Below are positions 20,795 to 31,417 of a stretch of 64,000 bases of DNA, in pieces. Below the pieces are notes generated by a model that was not told the DNA's origin, made no database searches, and was given only the letters and a program-made list of their open reading frames with translations. The translations under genes were made by a program, and so were the position numbers. This DNA is from an uncultured Gammaproteobacteria bacterium (GTDB taxonomy: Bacteria; Pseudomonadota; Gammaproteobacteria; CAWCPV01), in contig CAWCPV010000014.1 in the NCBI GenBank assembly GCA_963797555.1, positions 320,001 through 384,000 of the forward strand. The letters are read 5' to 3'. How positions within the stretch are numbered: the first letter of the stretch is position 1; each line of letters opens with the position of its first letter.

Positions 20795-21217
20795 AAAGCT
20801 CAACCCGCCGTACTGGCCGGAGTGGTACGGGTCCGAGAGATCATCCGCGAGGGAGAGTTCGAGGTCGTACCGTTTCCCCGAGTTTTTCCCGGTCCGAAAA
20901 CGGCGAGATCGGCCGCACCGTGTCCGGCGATGACTCCTCGGATCATGTGCCGCGCCGAGACGCGACCGGCGTGTGCACGCGTAGCGCCCGCAGCACCACT
21001 CCCCGCAGTAGGATTCCGTGAGATGCGAGCGCGAGGTGCCGCGACTGAATTGGCAGGGCGGCAAGCGCTAAGCCAGCTCAGGGCGCACCCACAGCGCCGG
21101 CGCTGGCCAACCCATGCGCCTTGCGCCCCGACTTGCGGGTGGACGCGCTGGCGGAAAAACCGGGTGCGACCTACACTCGCTATGCGGACGGCGGTGGGCC
21201 GGGAATGCTCTCACTCG

Positions 21218-21424
21218 TAGCTCGTGGAGAATTGGTCGTGAGCGGCCCGAAGGTTAGGCGGGCGGCGACGTGACATGTTCAGCAGATGGGTGAGGAGCGA
21301 TCGAGTGGCAGGATAGCCATTCGGCACGTCCGCGGGACGCCCCGAAGGGGTAGCGTACAGGGAGGTACGCCATGACCGCCGCGCACGCCCGCTATCGGGA
21401 GGCGGAGCACTCCTTCACAAACCT
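21218..21424. mobile_element. Degenerate MITE copy
   Basis: About 120 bp (GCCATTCGGCACGTCCGC.GGACGCCCCGAAGGGGT...CCTTCACA) closely match 24580-24699. Confidence 0.65.
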
Positions 21425-21466
21425 TCAGCCGTGCATACCAAAGGGACAGACGGGCTAGCGCCGACC

Positions 21467-22531
21467 ATGCTAGACAGTGAAGAGGTTCAGATTGCGGGTG
21501 CCGGGCCGGCTGGGCTGGCGGCGGCCATTACGCTGGCGCGCGCCGGGCGGCGGGTGGTGGTGCACGAAGCGGCCAAAGAGGTCGGCCACCGATTCCGGCG
21601 CGACCTGCAGGGGATCGAGAACTGGAGCACCGAGGCCGACGTGCTGGACGCGCTGGGTGATCTCGGCGTGACGACGGGCTTCCGGTACATGCCCTGCCGG
21701 CGCGGTACGGTATTCGATGCCTGGGGTGAACCTCATGCGGTTGTGAGTGAACGGCCGCTATTCTACTTGGTGGAGAGGGGGCCGAGAGCGGGCAGCTTGG
21801 ACACTGCTCTCCTGGGGCAAGCGCTCGCGACCGGGGTCGATGTCCGGTTCAACAGCCGCATCCGCCCGCTCCCCGGAGCGGCCGTGATGGCGACCGGTCC
21901 GCAATCAGTGGATGCGATTGCGGTCGGGTATCACTTCGAAACCGACATGCCGAGCGGTTTCTGGGCCATCTGCGACAATCGGTTGGCTCCCGGAGGCTAT
22001 GCATACCTCCTGGTAATGGAGGGCTGGGGCACGGTCAAGACCTGTATGTTTTCTGGATTCGGTCGCCATCGAGAGTATGCGCGCCGCACCGTCGAGGCGT
22101 TTCAGCGGCTCGTCGGGGTGACGCTACACAATCCGCGGCGACACGGAGGAATCGGGAGCTTCGGTCTGACGGAGCCGCGCGCAGGGGCGGCGCAACGGGT
22201 AGCTGGAGAGCAGGCGGGAGCGCAGGATGCTATGTGGGGCTTCGGCATACGCTCGGCGATTCTTTCCGGCTTGCTGGCCGCGCGCAGTCTGCTGGAACAT
22301 GTGGAGTACCGCGACCTCTGGCGCCGCGACCTCGAGCCCCTGCTGCGGACATCCGCCTTCAACCGCGCCGCGTACAGCTTGCTGGGCAATCGGGGGTACC
22401 GGTGGTGTCTGCGCCGACAGGCGGGTCGGGACGCGGGGACTTTCCTGCGGCGTCATCGCGGGCCGTCCCGGTTGAAGTGGTGGATGGCTCCGCTGGTGTG
22501 GGGTTTTCGGCGTCTGAAATCTCGTGCGTAA
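21467..22531 (+). CDS. FAD-dependent oxidoreductase (geranylgeranyl reductase-like)
   Basis: IAGAGPAGLAAA Rossmann motif, APGGYAY, and GEQAG.QD..WGFG. Confidence 0.85.
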   Translation: MLDSEEVQIAGAGPAGLAAAITLARAGRRVVVHEAAKEVGHRFRRDLQGIENWSTEADVLDALGDLGVTTGFRYMPCRRGTVFDAWGEPHAVVSERPLFYLVERGPRAGSLDTALLGQALATGVDVRFNSRIRPLPGAAVMATGPQSVDAIAVGYHFETDMPSGFWAICDNRLAPGGYAYLLVMEGWGTVKTCMFSGFGRHREYARRTVEAFQRLVGVTLHNPRRHGGIGSFGLTEPRAGAAQRVAGEQAGAQDAMWGFGIRSAILSGLLAARSLLEHVEYRDLWRRDLEPLLRTSAFNRAAYSLLGNRGYRWCLRRQAGRDAGTFLRRHRGPSRLKWWMAPLVWGFRRLKSRA

Positions 22532-22773
22532 GTCTGCTGCGCGTCCCCGCGAAGGCGCCCGCCAGCAAACGACGCCCGGCGCGCCCAGGGGAGAGGGTGC
22601 GAGTGGTTTACAGCGTCGTTCTGGACCACGGGGCGTTGTGAGTGTCTCTGCCCGAAAATCTGGCGCAGGCCGGATTGCCGAGCCAGAGCCTCACCTACAG
22701 CGGACAGCAACAACGGCGGCAGTTTGAGGCCGTCCCACCACTTTCCCTGCCGCGGTGCTTCAGGAGCCGTTGC

Positions 22774-23301
22774 CTAGTGTTCGGCGGGCGGCTTGCATGG
22801 CGCGAAAAAGCCTGGATCGCGCAGGGCCTCCTGGCACTTTGCGGCGGTAGCCAGGACTGGCGCGCGGTGGCGCACATCGGCGTGCTCCTGGGTATCCAGG
22901 TCCAGGAGCTGGCGCGCCGCCGAGCAGGGCTGCGAAGCTTCGCACTCCCTGCCTTTCCCACACACCTTGCCGACTAGCTCCGAGCACGCAACATCGGGGT
23001 TGATCTCGGTGACCTCAGACGGAGCCACCGGGCGCTGGGATTCCAGCAGCCCCTTATTGGGGACCATCACGCCGGAGCGGATGGTGATGATGGAGCCGTC
23101 TTCGAGGCGGTGGACACCGTCCCAGAGCTGGGTGGCGTTGCCGCGCGAATCCAGCGCCGTCGCCCGGTTGGTCCTCGGGTCCACCTGCAATCGCGTTCCG
23201 TCCTGCAGGTGGGTCTCGTATGCGTAGCCAGCCGGCGCCAACCAGGCGGTCATCGACAACGCCATCGCGGCAAGGCAACGGAAATGGGAGAAGGCGGCCA
23301 T
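22774..23301 (-). CDS. Hypothetical secreted protein with Cys-rich C-terminus
   Basis: Signal peptide from ATG 23301 (ending AGYA), LQDGT/LEDGS repeats, six Cys. The longer ORF-track extension is antisense shadow of the MBL gene. Confidence 0.7.
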   Translation of the reverse strand: MAAFSHFRCLAAMALSMTAWLAPAGYAYETHLQDGTRLQVDPRTNRATALDSRGNATQLWDGVHRLEDGSIITIRSGVMVPNKGLLESQRPVAPSEVTEINPDVACSELVGKVCGKGRECEASQPCSAARQLLDLDTQEHADVRHRAPVLATAAKCQEALRDPGFFAPCKPPAEH

Positions 23302-23544
23302 GGACGAATTTCCCTGCAAATGCTCCGGGTGAGCGGCGCCTTCTAAGATACCGGTGCCGCGAAGCGCTGAAAAGTGCCCGGCGCAGAGTTCGAGCCCCGC
23401 GCAGTCCGATTGCAATTCGCGCGCGCCGTGTCTTCCCGGAGCAGTGGACCCGAGGCCGATGTTGCGAACCGTGCGACTCCCCTTGGGCTTGGCTGGATAT
23501 GTGCTAGACTGCGCAGAGCGCGCGGCGGCAAAGGGGCTTCTGCC

Positions 23545-24450
23545 ATGAGAATAACATTCTACGGTGTGCGTGGTTCGATCCCGGCCCCAGGTGCCCACAC
23601 GGTGAAATATGGGGGCAACACCGCGTGCGTTTTCATTCAGTTCGACGGCGGAAAGCACCTGATCCTGGACGCGGGGACGGGGATCCGCATGCTGGGTCCA
23701 CGGCTGATGACGTCCAGGGACCGCATCAACGTGTACTTGAGCCATGTCCACTGGGACCACATTCAGGGGTTCCCATTTTTTGCTCCCATCTACCAACCCG
23801 GGCGGCAAATCCGCGTGTATCCGAACGCCGTCGACGGATTTACCACGATGGTGGCACTCCTCGGCCAGATGGACGGCGCCAGCTTTCCGGTGCATCGCAA
23901 AGACCTCCCTTCCGACATGCAGTGCGTCGTGGGCCGGGGGTGCGACGTATTGACGGCCGACGGCATCCAGGTCGCCACCCGCTCGCTGAACCATCCCGGC
24001 GGCGGCCGTGCCTTCCGCATCGAGCAGGACGGCGTCTCGTGCGCCTACGTTACCGACAACGAGCTGGAGCCGCCCTATCCTGTAAGCACCCGGCACGAGG
24101 AGTGGGTCGACTTCTGCAAGGGGGCCGATGTCCTCATCCACGATGCCCAATATGTGGAGGCCGATATGCCGCGCAAGCACGGCTGGGGGCATTCGGTGGT
24201 GTCGCAGGTGTGGCGCCTGGCCCTCGATGCGGGTGTGGGCAGCCTCGTCCTGTTTCACCACGACCCTGACCGGTCGGACCGGGAGCTGGACCAGATCCAG
24301 ACACAGAGCGAGACATTCTTCAGTAAGCAGGGGTCCCCTACGCGGGTGATGTGCGCGTGGGAAGGCTTGGTCTTGGACTTGAGGCCGCGCCGGGGACGGG
24401 TACGAGGCGCGTCGGTCGTCGTGACCGACGTGGGCAGCGAGGCCTACTAG
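23545..24450 (+). CDS. MBL-fold metallo-hydrolase (RNase Z/phosphodiesterase-like)
   Basis: FYGVRGSIP, YGGNTAC, DAGTG, SHVHWDHIQG, HDAQY, WGHS and FHHDP. Confidence 0.9.
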   Translation: MRITFYGVRGSIPAPGAHTVKYGGNTACVFIQFDGGKHLILDAGTGIRMLGPRLMTSRDRINVYLSHVHWDHIQGFPFFAPIYQPGRQIRVYPNAVDGFTTMVALLGQMDGASFPVHRKDLPSDMQCVVGRGCDVLTADGIQVATRSLNHPGGGRAFRIEQDGVSCAYVTDNELEPPYPVSTRHEEWVDFCKGADVLIHDAQYVEADMPRKHGWGHSVVSQVWRLALDAGVGSLVLFHHDPDRSDRELDQIQTQSETFFSKQGSPTRVMCAWEGLVLDLRPRRGRVRGASVVVTDVGSEAY

Positions 24451-24471
24451 TCAATCTCCAGCCGGGGCTCA

Positions 24472-24703
24472 GAGCTTGTGAAGAGTGAAGAAATCGTCAC
24501 GAGCGGTCCTGGAACATGGCGCACGGAGCCCAGCGGCAAGACATGTCCCGTATCCCGCAGATTTAAGCGTGGAGCGGCCGAATGGCAGGACAGCCATTCG
24601 GCACGTCCGCAGGACGCCCCGAAGGGGTGGCGAACAGGGAGGCACGCCATGACCGCCGCACCACGCCGCTATCGGGACGCGCAGCAAATTCCTTCACATG
24701 CTC
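24472..24703. mobile_element. 232-bp MITE with 12-bp TIRs and TCA target duplication
   Basis: TCA-GAGCTTGTGAAG...CTTCACATGCTC-TCA. The right TCA is the proS stop codon. Confidence 0.8.
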
Positions 24704-26416
24704 TCAGGCGGGTGCCATCTGGGCCTTCAGAAAGTCCACCACCCCCGTTATCGGTATATCGCGGCTGTCCCCGTCCGTACGCGGCTTGTACTCCAGAGTA
24801 GCGGCATCGAGGCCGCGCTCGCTCAGGACCAAGCGATGCGGTAAGCCGATGAGGTCCAGGTCCGCAAACATGACCCCCGGCCGCTCGCGGCGGTCGTCGA
24901 ACAGCACCTCGATACCGGCGTCCAGGATCTCGCCGTAAAGCTTCTCCGCGGCCTCCGCGAGTCGTATGGACTTGTGCATGTTGATGGGGACCAAGCCGAC
25001 GTGAAACGGCGCGATCGGCTGCGGCCAGATGATGCCGCGGCTGTCGTGGTTCTGCTCGATGGCGGCGGCCACGATGCGCGAAACGCCGATGCCGTAGCAC
25101 CCCATGGTCATGACAATGCTCTGGCCGTTCTCGTCCAGGCAGGTCGCGCCCATGGCGCGGCTATATTTGTGGCCGAGCTGGAAGATGTGCCCCACTTCGA
25201 TACCCCGCCGGAGGACCAGATTGCCCTCGCCGTCCGGACTCGGATCTCCCTCGGCGACCTTGCGCAGGTCGGCGGTCCGTGCCTCCGGCAGGTCCCGGCC
25301 CCAGTTGACGCCGCGCAGATGTCGGCCATTCACGTTGGCCCCGCAAACGAAGTCGGCCAAGTGGGCGGCTCCGCGATCCACAACGACCGGGACGGGGATC
25401 CCCACCGGTCCCAGGGAGCCCGGATCGCAGCCCACCGCCGCCCCGACCGCCTCCGCCGTGGCAAAAGTCAGGGGCTTGGAGACCTCTTCCAACCTCTCGG
25501 CCTTGGCCGGATTCAGCTCGTGATCACCCCGCAGGACGAGAGCAACGACACCGTCGTCGTGGCCGCGAACGAGCAGGGTCTTGACACACCGCGACGGGGG
25601 GACGCCGAGGAAACGACAGACTTCCTCGATGGTATGCTGCCCGGGCGTCTCCACCGGCTGCAGGCTCTCGCCGGGAGGCGGGCGCTTCGCCGGGGGCGGC
25701 AGGGCTTCCGCCAGCTCCACGTTGGCCGCATAGTCGCTGGCGTCGCTGAAAGCGATAGCGTCTTCGCCGGAGTCGGCGAGGACGTGGAACTCGTGTGAGA
25801 GGCTGCCCCCGATGTTGCCGGTGTCTGCCAGCACAGCCCGGAAATGCAGCCCGGTGCGGGTGAAGATGCGGCTGTACGCCTCGTATATTTGCCGATAGGT
25901 CTCGTCCAGCGACCCCTGATCCAGATGAAAGGAGTAAGCGTCTTTCATCAGGAACTCGCGCGCCCGCATGACCCCGAAACGGGGGCGGATCTCGTCGCGG
26001 AACTTGGTCTGGATCTGGTAGAAATTGGCGGGGAGCTGACGGTAGCTCCGAATCTCGTGACGGATGAGGTCGGTGATGACCTCCTCGTGGGTCGGGCCCA
26101 GACAGAAGCTGCGGTCGTGGCGGTCCTTGAGTCGCAGCAGTTCCGGACCGTACTGGTCCCAGCGCCCGGACTCCTGCCACAGCTCCGCCGGCTGAACCAT
26201 GGGCATCAGGAGCTCCTGTGCCCCGGCGCGGTTCATCTCCTCGCGCACAATGGCTTCCACCTTGCGCAACACGCGCAGACCCAGCGGTAACCAGTTGTAC
26301 ACGCCTGCGGCGAGCTTGCGGATCATGCCCGCGCGCAGCATCAACTGGTGACTGACGATGTCGGCGTCGCCCGGCGTCTCCTTCAGCGTCGCCAGCAGTA
26401 TACGAGAGGTGCGCAT
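24704..26416 (-). CDS. proS: Proline--tRNA ligase
   Basis: [47 protein letters not shown] and [10 protein letters not shown]. Confidence 0.98.
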   Translation of the reverse strand: MRTSRILLATLKETPGDADIVSHQLMLRAGMIRKLAAGVYNWLPLGLRVLRKVEAIVREEMNRAGAQELLMPMVQPAELWQESGRWDQYGPELLRLKDRHDRSFCLGPTHEEVITDLIRHEIRSYRQLPANFYQIQTKFRDEIRPRFGVMRAREFLMKDAYSFHLDQGSLDETYRQIYEAYSRIFTRTGLHFRAVLADTGNIGGSLSHEFHVLADSGEDAIAFSDASDYAANVELAEALPPPAKRPPPGESLQPVETPGQHTIEEVCRFLGVPPSRCVKTLLVRGHDDGVVALVLRGDHELNPAKAERLEEVSKPLTFATAEAVGAAVGCDPGSLGPVGIPVPVVVDRGAAHLADFVCGANVNGRHLRGVNWGRDLPEARTADLRKVAEGDPSPDGEGNLVLRRGIEVGHIFQLGHKYSRAMGATCLDENGQSIVMTMGCYGIGVSRIVAAAIEQNHDSRGIIWPQPIAPFHVGLVPINMHKSIRLAEAAEKLYGEILDAGIEVLFDDRRERPGVMFADLDLIGLPHRLVLSERGLDAATLEYKPRTDGDSRDIPITGVVDFLKAQMAPA

Positions 26417-26565
26417 CTCTGCTCCAAAAGGTTCGTATTCCCGAGCGCAGGGTATCGTCGTCCCGCCGACGACGCTGGCGGTCGTCCCGCGGTCAAGCGT
26501 TCTGTCCGCGCGGCGACGCGACCGGGCGGAAAGCAGGGGCAGGCCGGGCGGCCCCTGCCTCGACC

Positions 26566-27756
26566 TCAGTCATGGACCGTGACCGCGCGCGAAAAACGCT
26601 CCAGTGCCGCGTCGAGGTTCTCCATGCTGGTCGCAAAGGACAGGCGCAGGTGTCCGGGGGCACCGAACGCCGAGCCGGGTACGGGAGCGACCCCTCGCGC
26701 GATGAGATGTTCAGTCAGCTCGATGTCGTTGGAGACGCCGGGGAGCGCCGCCATCACTTCCCGCACGTGCGGGAACGCGTAGAAAGTGCCTTGCCCAGGC
26801 AGACAATGCACGCCCGGGATGCGATTGAGCCCCGCGACCAGTCGATCGTGACGCCGATGGAATGCCTGACACATCGTGTGCACCATGCTCTGGTCGCCGC
26901 TCAAGGCCGCCTGCGCGGCCACCTGCGCGATAGATGTGGGGTTGGAAGTGCTTTGGGACTGGATGTTCTTCATCGCCGCGATGAGGTCCTTTGGGCCTGC
27001 GGCATAGCCGATGCGCCAACCGGTCATGGCGTAGGCCTTGGAGACCCCGTTCAGCACCACGGTGCGCTCAGCGAGGTCGGGGCACGCGTTCACGATGTTG
27101 CAGAAGGGTTCGGTGCCCCACCAGATGTGCTCGTAAATGTCGTCGCTCACCACGACCACTGCCGGATACCGCCTCAGAACGTCGCCGAGCGCCGCCAGCT
27201 CGTCACGAGTGTAGGCAGCGCCGGTGGGGTTCGACGGGCTGTTGATGACCACGAGGCGGGTGAGCGAGGTGATGGAGGCGTCGAGTTGCTCGGGGGTGAT
27301 CTTGAAGCCCCGCTCCATGGAGCCGGCGATGACGACGGGGATGCCGTCCGCGAGCTGAACCATGTCCGGATATGAGGTCCAGTACGGGGCCGGAATGATG
27401 GCCTCTTCACCCCGGTCGAGCAGCGCTTGGACCAGATTGTAGAATGCGTGCTTGGCCCCCACGGACACCACGATTTGGTCCAGCCCGTAATGCAGGTCGT
27501 TCTCGCGGGCGAACTTCTCGCGAACGGCGGCCTTGAGGGCCGGGATGCCGTCCACGGCGGTGTACTTCGTGAACCCCTCGTGTATCGCCTGGACTGCTGC
27601 CGCCTTCACGTGGTCCGGGGTGTCGAAGTCCGGCTCGCCGGCTCCCAAGTCGAGGACATCCTCTCCCGATGCCCGCAGTGCCTTCACCCGCGCGCTCAGG
27701 CTCAGGGTCGGTGAGGGCTTGATGCGGTGCACGCGCGTGGCGAGTCGAATGTCCAA
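26566..27756 (-). CDS. aspC: Class I PLP-dependent aminotransferase (aspartate aminotransferase-like)
   Basis: [24 protein letters not shown] and [19 protein letters not shown] start at 27756 with GGAGG RBS. Confidence 0.9.
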   Translation of the reverse strand: MDIRLATRVHRIKPSPTLSLSARVKALRASGEDVLDLGAGEPDFDTPDHVKAAAVQAIHEGFTKYTAVDGIPALKAAVREKFARENDLHYGLDQIVVSVGAKHAFYNLVQALLDRGEEAIIPAPYWTSYPDMVQLADGIPVVIAGSMERGFKITPEQLDASITSLTRLVVINSPSNPTGAAYTRDELAALGDVLRRYPAVVVVSDDIYEHIWWGTEPFCNIVNACPDLAERTVVLNGVSKAYAMTGWRIGYAAGPKDLIAAMKNIQSQSTSNPTSIAQVAAQAALSGDQSMVHTMCQAFHRRHDRLVAGLNRIPGVHCLPGQGTFYAFPHVREVMAALPGVSNDIELTEHLIARGVAPVPGSAFGAPGHLRLSFATSMENLDAALERFSRAVTVHD

Positions 27757-27823
27757 GGGGCCTCCGGAGGGTGCGCTCGAAGTGCGTGCTACTATACTGT
27801 AACCCAGTAGCCCCCGCATCCCC

Positions 27824-29848
27824 ATGGCGTTCAGCCTTCACCTCGAGGCCCATTTTCAGCCCAGCGGGGATCAGCCCCAGGCCATCCGCGAGCTGGTGGA
27901 GGGACTGGACGCCGGCGAGGCATCCCTCACGCTCCTCGGCGTAACGGGGTCGGGCAAGACCTTCACTATCGCCAACGTCATTCAGGCCCTGCAACGGGCC
28001 ACGCTGATCCTGGCTCCCAATAAGACGTTGGCCGCTCAGCTCTACGGCGAGTTCCGGGGGTTCTTTCCGCACAACGCGGTCGAGTATTTCGTCTCCTATT
28101 ACGACTATTACCAACCCGAGGCGTACGTTCCCTCCACCGATACTTACATCGAGAAAGACGCCTCTATCAACGAGCACATCGAACAGATGCGCCTGTCGGC
28201 GACCAAGGCGCTACTCGAACGGCCGGATGCCATCATCGTCGCCACTGTCTCCGCCATCTACGGACTGGGCGATCCGCGCGCCTACCTCAGTATGGTGTTG
28301 CATCTGAAGCGCGGCGATGTCGTCGACCAGCGGCTCATCCTCAGGCGCCTCGCCGAGCTGCAGTACACGCGCAACGACGCAGAGCTGCGCCGCGGCACGT
28401 ATCGGGCACGAGGAGAGGTGATCGACATCTTCCCGGCCGAGTCGGATCGCGAGGCGGTGCGGGTGGAGCTGTTCGACGACGAGATCGAGCAGCTCTCCTA
28501 CTTCGAGCCCCTCACCGGGGAGGTGTTGCGCCGGGTTCCGCGGCTGACCGTCTACCCCAAGAGTCACTACGTCACTCCGCGCCAGACGGTGCTCGATGCG
28601 GTGGAGAAGATCAAGGCGGAGCTGACCGAGCGTCTGACCGAGCTACGCGGCCAAAACAAGCTGGTCGAAGCGCAGCGCTTGGAGCAGCGCACGCGCTTCG
28701 ACGTCGAGATGCTGCTGGAGCTCGGTTACTGCAACGGCATCGAGAACTACTCCCGGCACCTCTCTGGGAGACAAGCCGGGGAGCCCCCGCCCACCCTGTT
28801 CGACTACCTGCCGGAGAAGGCTCTCCTGGTGGTGGACGAGAGCCACGTGACCATCCCCCAGTTGGGCGGTATGTACCGCGGCGACCGCTCCCGCAAGGAG
28901 ACGCTGGTGGAGTACGGGTTCCGATTGCCCTCCGCCTTGGACAATCGCCCGCTGCGTTTCGAAGAGTTCGAGGCACGCTCACCGCAGACGGTATTCGTTT
29001 CCGCGACCCCGGGGCCCTACGAGCTGCAGCGTTCCGGCGGGGTAATCGAACAGCTCGTGCGGCCGACGGGGCTGGTGGACCCCGAGGTCGAGATGCGTGC
29101 CGCCAGCACCCAGGTGGACGACTTGCTGTCCGAAGTGCACCGGCGCGTAGCCGCAAACGAGCGGGTACTGGTCACGACGCTCACCAAGCGCATGGCCGAA
29201 GACCTGACTGAGTATCTCGACGAGCACGGCGTGAAGGTCCGTTACCTGCACTCGGACATCGATACCGTGGAGCGGGTGGAGATCGTCCGGGACCTGCGGC
29301 TTGGCAAGTTCAACGTCTTGGTGGGAATCAACCTGCTGCGCGAGGGTCTCGACCTCCCGGAGGTGTCGCTGGTCGCGGTGCTGGATGCCGACAAGGAGGG
29401 TTTCCTGCGCTCGGAACGCTCTCTGATACAGACCATCGGGCGCGCCGCTCGCAACCTCCACGGCAAGGCGATCCTGTACGCCGACCGCTCCACGGGCTCC
29501 ATCGAGGCCGCGATGCAGGAGACCGAGCGGCGGCGGGGCAAACAGATCGCGCACAACGAGTACCACGGCATCACCCCCATGGGGATCCAGAAGGCAGTCC
29601 AGGACATCATGGAGGGTGCCTACAACGTCGGTCCGGGTGCGCCGCGGCGTGCGGCGCGCGTGGCCGAGCCCCTATCGCCCTATGCCTCACTGCCTCCCGA
29701 AAAGCTCATCCGCACCATCAAGCAGCTCGAGCAGCGAATGTACAAGCACGCCCAGGATCTGGAGTTCGAGGAGGCGGCCCGGTTGCGCGACGAGATCCGC
29801 TGCATCAGGGAGCAGTTCGTGGGGGCTGGGGAGGCGAAGGTCGGTTAG
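27824..29848 (+). CDS. uvrB: Excinuclease ABC subunit B
   Basis: [39 protein letters not shown], and C-terminal UVR domain [11 protein letters not shown]. Confidence 0.98.
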   Translation: MAFSLHLEAHFQPSGDQPQAIRELVEGLDAGEASLTLLGVTGSGKTFTIANVIQALQRATLILAPNKTLAAQLYGEFRGFFPHNAVEYFVSYYDYYQPEAYVPSTDTYIEKDASINEHIEQMRLSATKALLERPDAIIVATVSAIYGLGDPRAYLSMVLHLKRGDVVDQRLILRRLAELQYTRNDAELRRGTYRARGEVIDIFPAESDREAVRVELFDDEIEQLSYFEPLTGEVLRRVPRLTVYPKSHYVTPRQTVLDAVEKIKAELTERLTELRGQNKLVEAQRLEQRTRFDVEMLLELGYCNGIENYSRHLSGRQAGEPPPTLFDYLPEKALLVVDESHVTIPQLGGMYRGDRSRKETLVEYGFRLPSALDNRPLRFEEFEARSPQTVFVSATPGPYELQRSGGVIEQLVRPTGLVDPEVEMRAASTQVDDLLSEVHRRVAANERVLVTTLTKRMAEDLTEYLDEHGVKVRYLHSDIDTVERVEIVRDLRLGKFNVLVGINLLREGLDLPEVSLVAVLDADKEGFLRSERSLIQTIGRAARNLHGKAILYADRSTGSIEAAMQETERRRGKQIAHNEYHGITPMGIQKAVQDIMEGAYNVGPGAPRRAARVAEPLSPYASLPPEKLIRTIKQLEQRMYKHAQDLEFEEAARLRDEIRCIREQFVGAGEAKVG

Positions 29849-29871
29849 AGGCCGCTTCGCCTGCCGACGCG

Positions 29872-29901
29872 TTGCACGCAACACCGCAGCCGTGCTATCT
29901 T
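29872..29901 (+). promoter_or_regulatory. Putative sigma70 promoter of tRNA-Val
   Basis: TTGCAC-18bp-TATCTT with extended TG, about 30 bp upstream of the tRNA. Confidence 0.45.
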
Positions 29902-29932
29902 TTTCGCCATTCTCAGGCGCATAGCTCATTTC

Positions 29933-30007
29933 AGGCGCGTAGCTCAGTGGTAGAGCACTACCTTGACATGGTAGTGGTCGGTGGTTCGATCCCACTCGCG
30001 CCTACCA
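29933..30007 (+). tRNA. tRNA-Val(GAC)
   Basis: Acceptor AGGCGCG/CGCGCCT-A-CCA, D arm GCTC-AGTGGTA-GAGC, anticodon arm CTACC-TTGACAT-GGTAG, T loop TTCGATC. Confidence 0.97.
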
Positions 30008-30136
30008 GCTTTCAGAGGGTGACAAAGGGTTCGGGGTAATGAGCGGGGAATTTCCCCGCCCGAGTTGTCGACCGACCGGGGGCGTTACCTGTAACGCGCT
30101 ACGGTGCTGTTACGATGCCGCTCTGGCAGCAGCAGA

Positions 30137-30198
30137 CAAAAAGAACCCCGCTCAAGGCAGGGTGAAGGAGGAGAGGGGCGTTACCACCACCCCTATGG
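30137..30198 (-). ncRNA. Candidate small RNA with anti-SD CUCCUCC motif and intrinsic terminator
   Basis: Minus strand TAGGGGTGGTGGTAACGCCCCTCTCCTCCTTC-ACCCTGCCTTGAGCGGGGT-TCTTTTT; TGcTAGCAT -10 upstream. Confidence 0.4.
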
Positions 30199-30285
30199 CG
30201 CAAGGGGATGCTAGCACGTCGGATGTTACGAAATGCTTACGGCTGACGTACAGGACTGGCCGGGCAATGGAGAACCGTTGTCATT

Positions 30286-30470
30286 TGTGACGGTTCTCGA
30301 CCACCGCAGGGCGCGAATCGACAGGGTGTCGCCGTGGGGTGGCTCAGTCGGGCGATCCGGCCTCGGGCGGTATCAGGGTGCAGGGTCGGCGCCGTCTCGT
30401 CCCCCAGCGCCGCAGGAAGTGGCTCCCTGAGGCCAAAACCCCTGCTCAGGGCGGGGTCCAGGGGGAGGAG
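30286..30470. repeat. Non-coding direct repeat, copy A (upstream of cargo gene)
   Basis: GTGACG.T.CTCGAC.AC...AATCGACA...GGGGTGGCTCA...GCGA.CCGGCCT.GG..GGTATCAGG...GCTCA.GGCGGGGTCCAGGG is shared with 31160-31390. Confidence 0.75.
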
Positions 30471-30587
30471 TATCACCCTATATAAGTCAGGCGAGATCGC
30501 GGTGCCTGGGATGTCAGTGTGTCGGGTACCGAGTGGCGGGTCAGCGCCTCCGTGCCAGGCACGGCGGACACACCGGGGATCGTGCGA

Positions 30588-31118
30588 ATGAGTTCCACCA
30601 GAAAGCTTGAAGAAGCGCAGTTCTTTCTCGAACTGCTTGATGCGCTTGACCAGCGTCGGCGGCCACTTACCCACGCGGGAGACACGGCAAAGGAATCCTC
30701 GTATCTGTTCGCAGCAGTACTCAACTCCTTCTATTCGGCTATCGCTATCATGCGCGATGAAGAAGGCGTTGACATTGAAGCATTCGTCGACGCGAACCCG
30801 GAGATCTACGCGAGAGCAAAGGACGGAGGTGAACGCGCCAAGACCGTGCACGTCAAGCATACTGATGCCGCATTCTCCGGCTACATCCCGCCGAAGTTCA
30901 ATGAGGCGGGCGCTGACTTCAGAAACACGCCGCTCCTCATCCAAGAGGCACGCATGGCCAGAAAAGGTGGGCCGGGCGCGATCTTTGGGCCAGATCACTA
31001 CATGTTCATTGAGCTGCACGGCGAGTTGAGGCACGTCACTAAGTTCTGTTACGACCACTTCTACCGCCTTCGGGACTTTCATGCCAAAGCTCAAACCAGG
31101 CCGCAAGCCGTGGCTTAA
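30588..31118 (+). CDS. Hypothetical protein (helical, possibly HEPN-like)
   Basis: 176-aa ORF of lower GC than core genes; KLEEAQFFL...YLFAAVLNSFYS and RAKTVH (RxxxxH). Confidence 0.7.
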   Translation: MSSTRKLEEAQFFLELLDALDQRRRPLTHAGDTAKESSYLFAAVLNSFYSAIAIMRDEEGVDIEAFVDANPEIYARAKDGGERAKTVHVKHTDAAFSGYIPPKFNEAGADFRNTPLLIQEARMARKGGPGAIFGPDHYMFIELHGELRHVTKFCYDHFYRLRDFHAKAQTRPQAVA

Positions 31119-31159
31119 CCCGCCGCCCAGGGCGGAAATCAGGCCAGCTTTTCTCAAAA

Positions 31160-31390
31160 CGTGACGATCCTCGACTACGGCATGAGCGACAATCGACACG
31201 GTTGGGTGCCCGAGCGCGCGGGGTGGCTCAACCGAGCGACCCGGCCTGGGGTGGTATCAGGTGAAGGGGCGGGAAGATCTCGGCGCCTGGACGGCCAGAC
31301 GCAGCCTCACAGGTGGCAAAACGACAGGATCAGCAGCACTCCCACCAGCGCCGGATGGCCACAGCCCGCTCAAGGCGGGGTCCAGGGTGG
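31160..31390. repeat. Non-coding direct repeat, copy B (upstream of cargo gene)
   Basis: Diverged copy of 30286-30470. Confidence 0.75.
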
Positions 31391-31417
31391 GCGCTCCGAT
31401 GGTGCGTGGGATGACGT

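Noticed and set aside
23302-24261. N-terminal extension of the 495-aa minus ORF
   Set aside because: Overlaps the MBL gene in antisense; the real protein appears to start at 23301.
30137-31390. CRISPR array
   Set aside because: Repeats are long, diverged and separated by whole genes; no constant spacer length and no cas genes.
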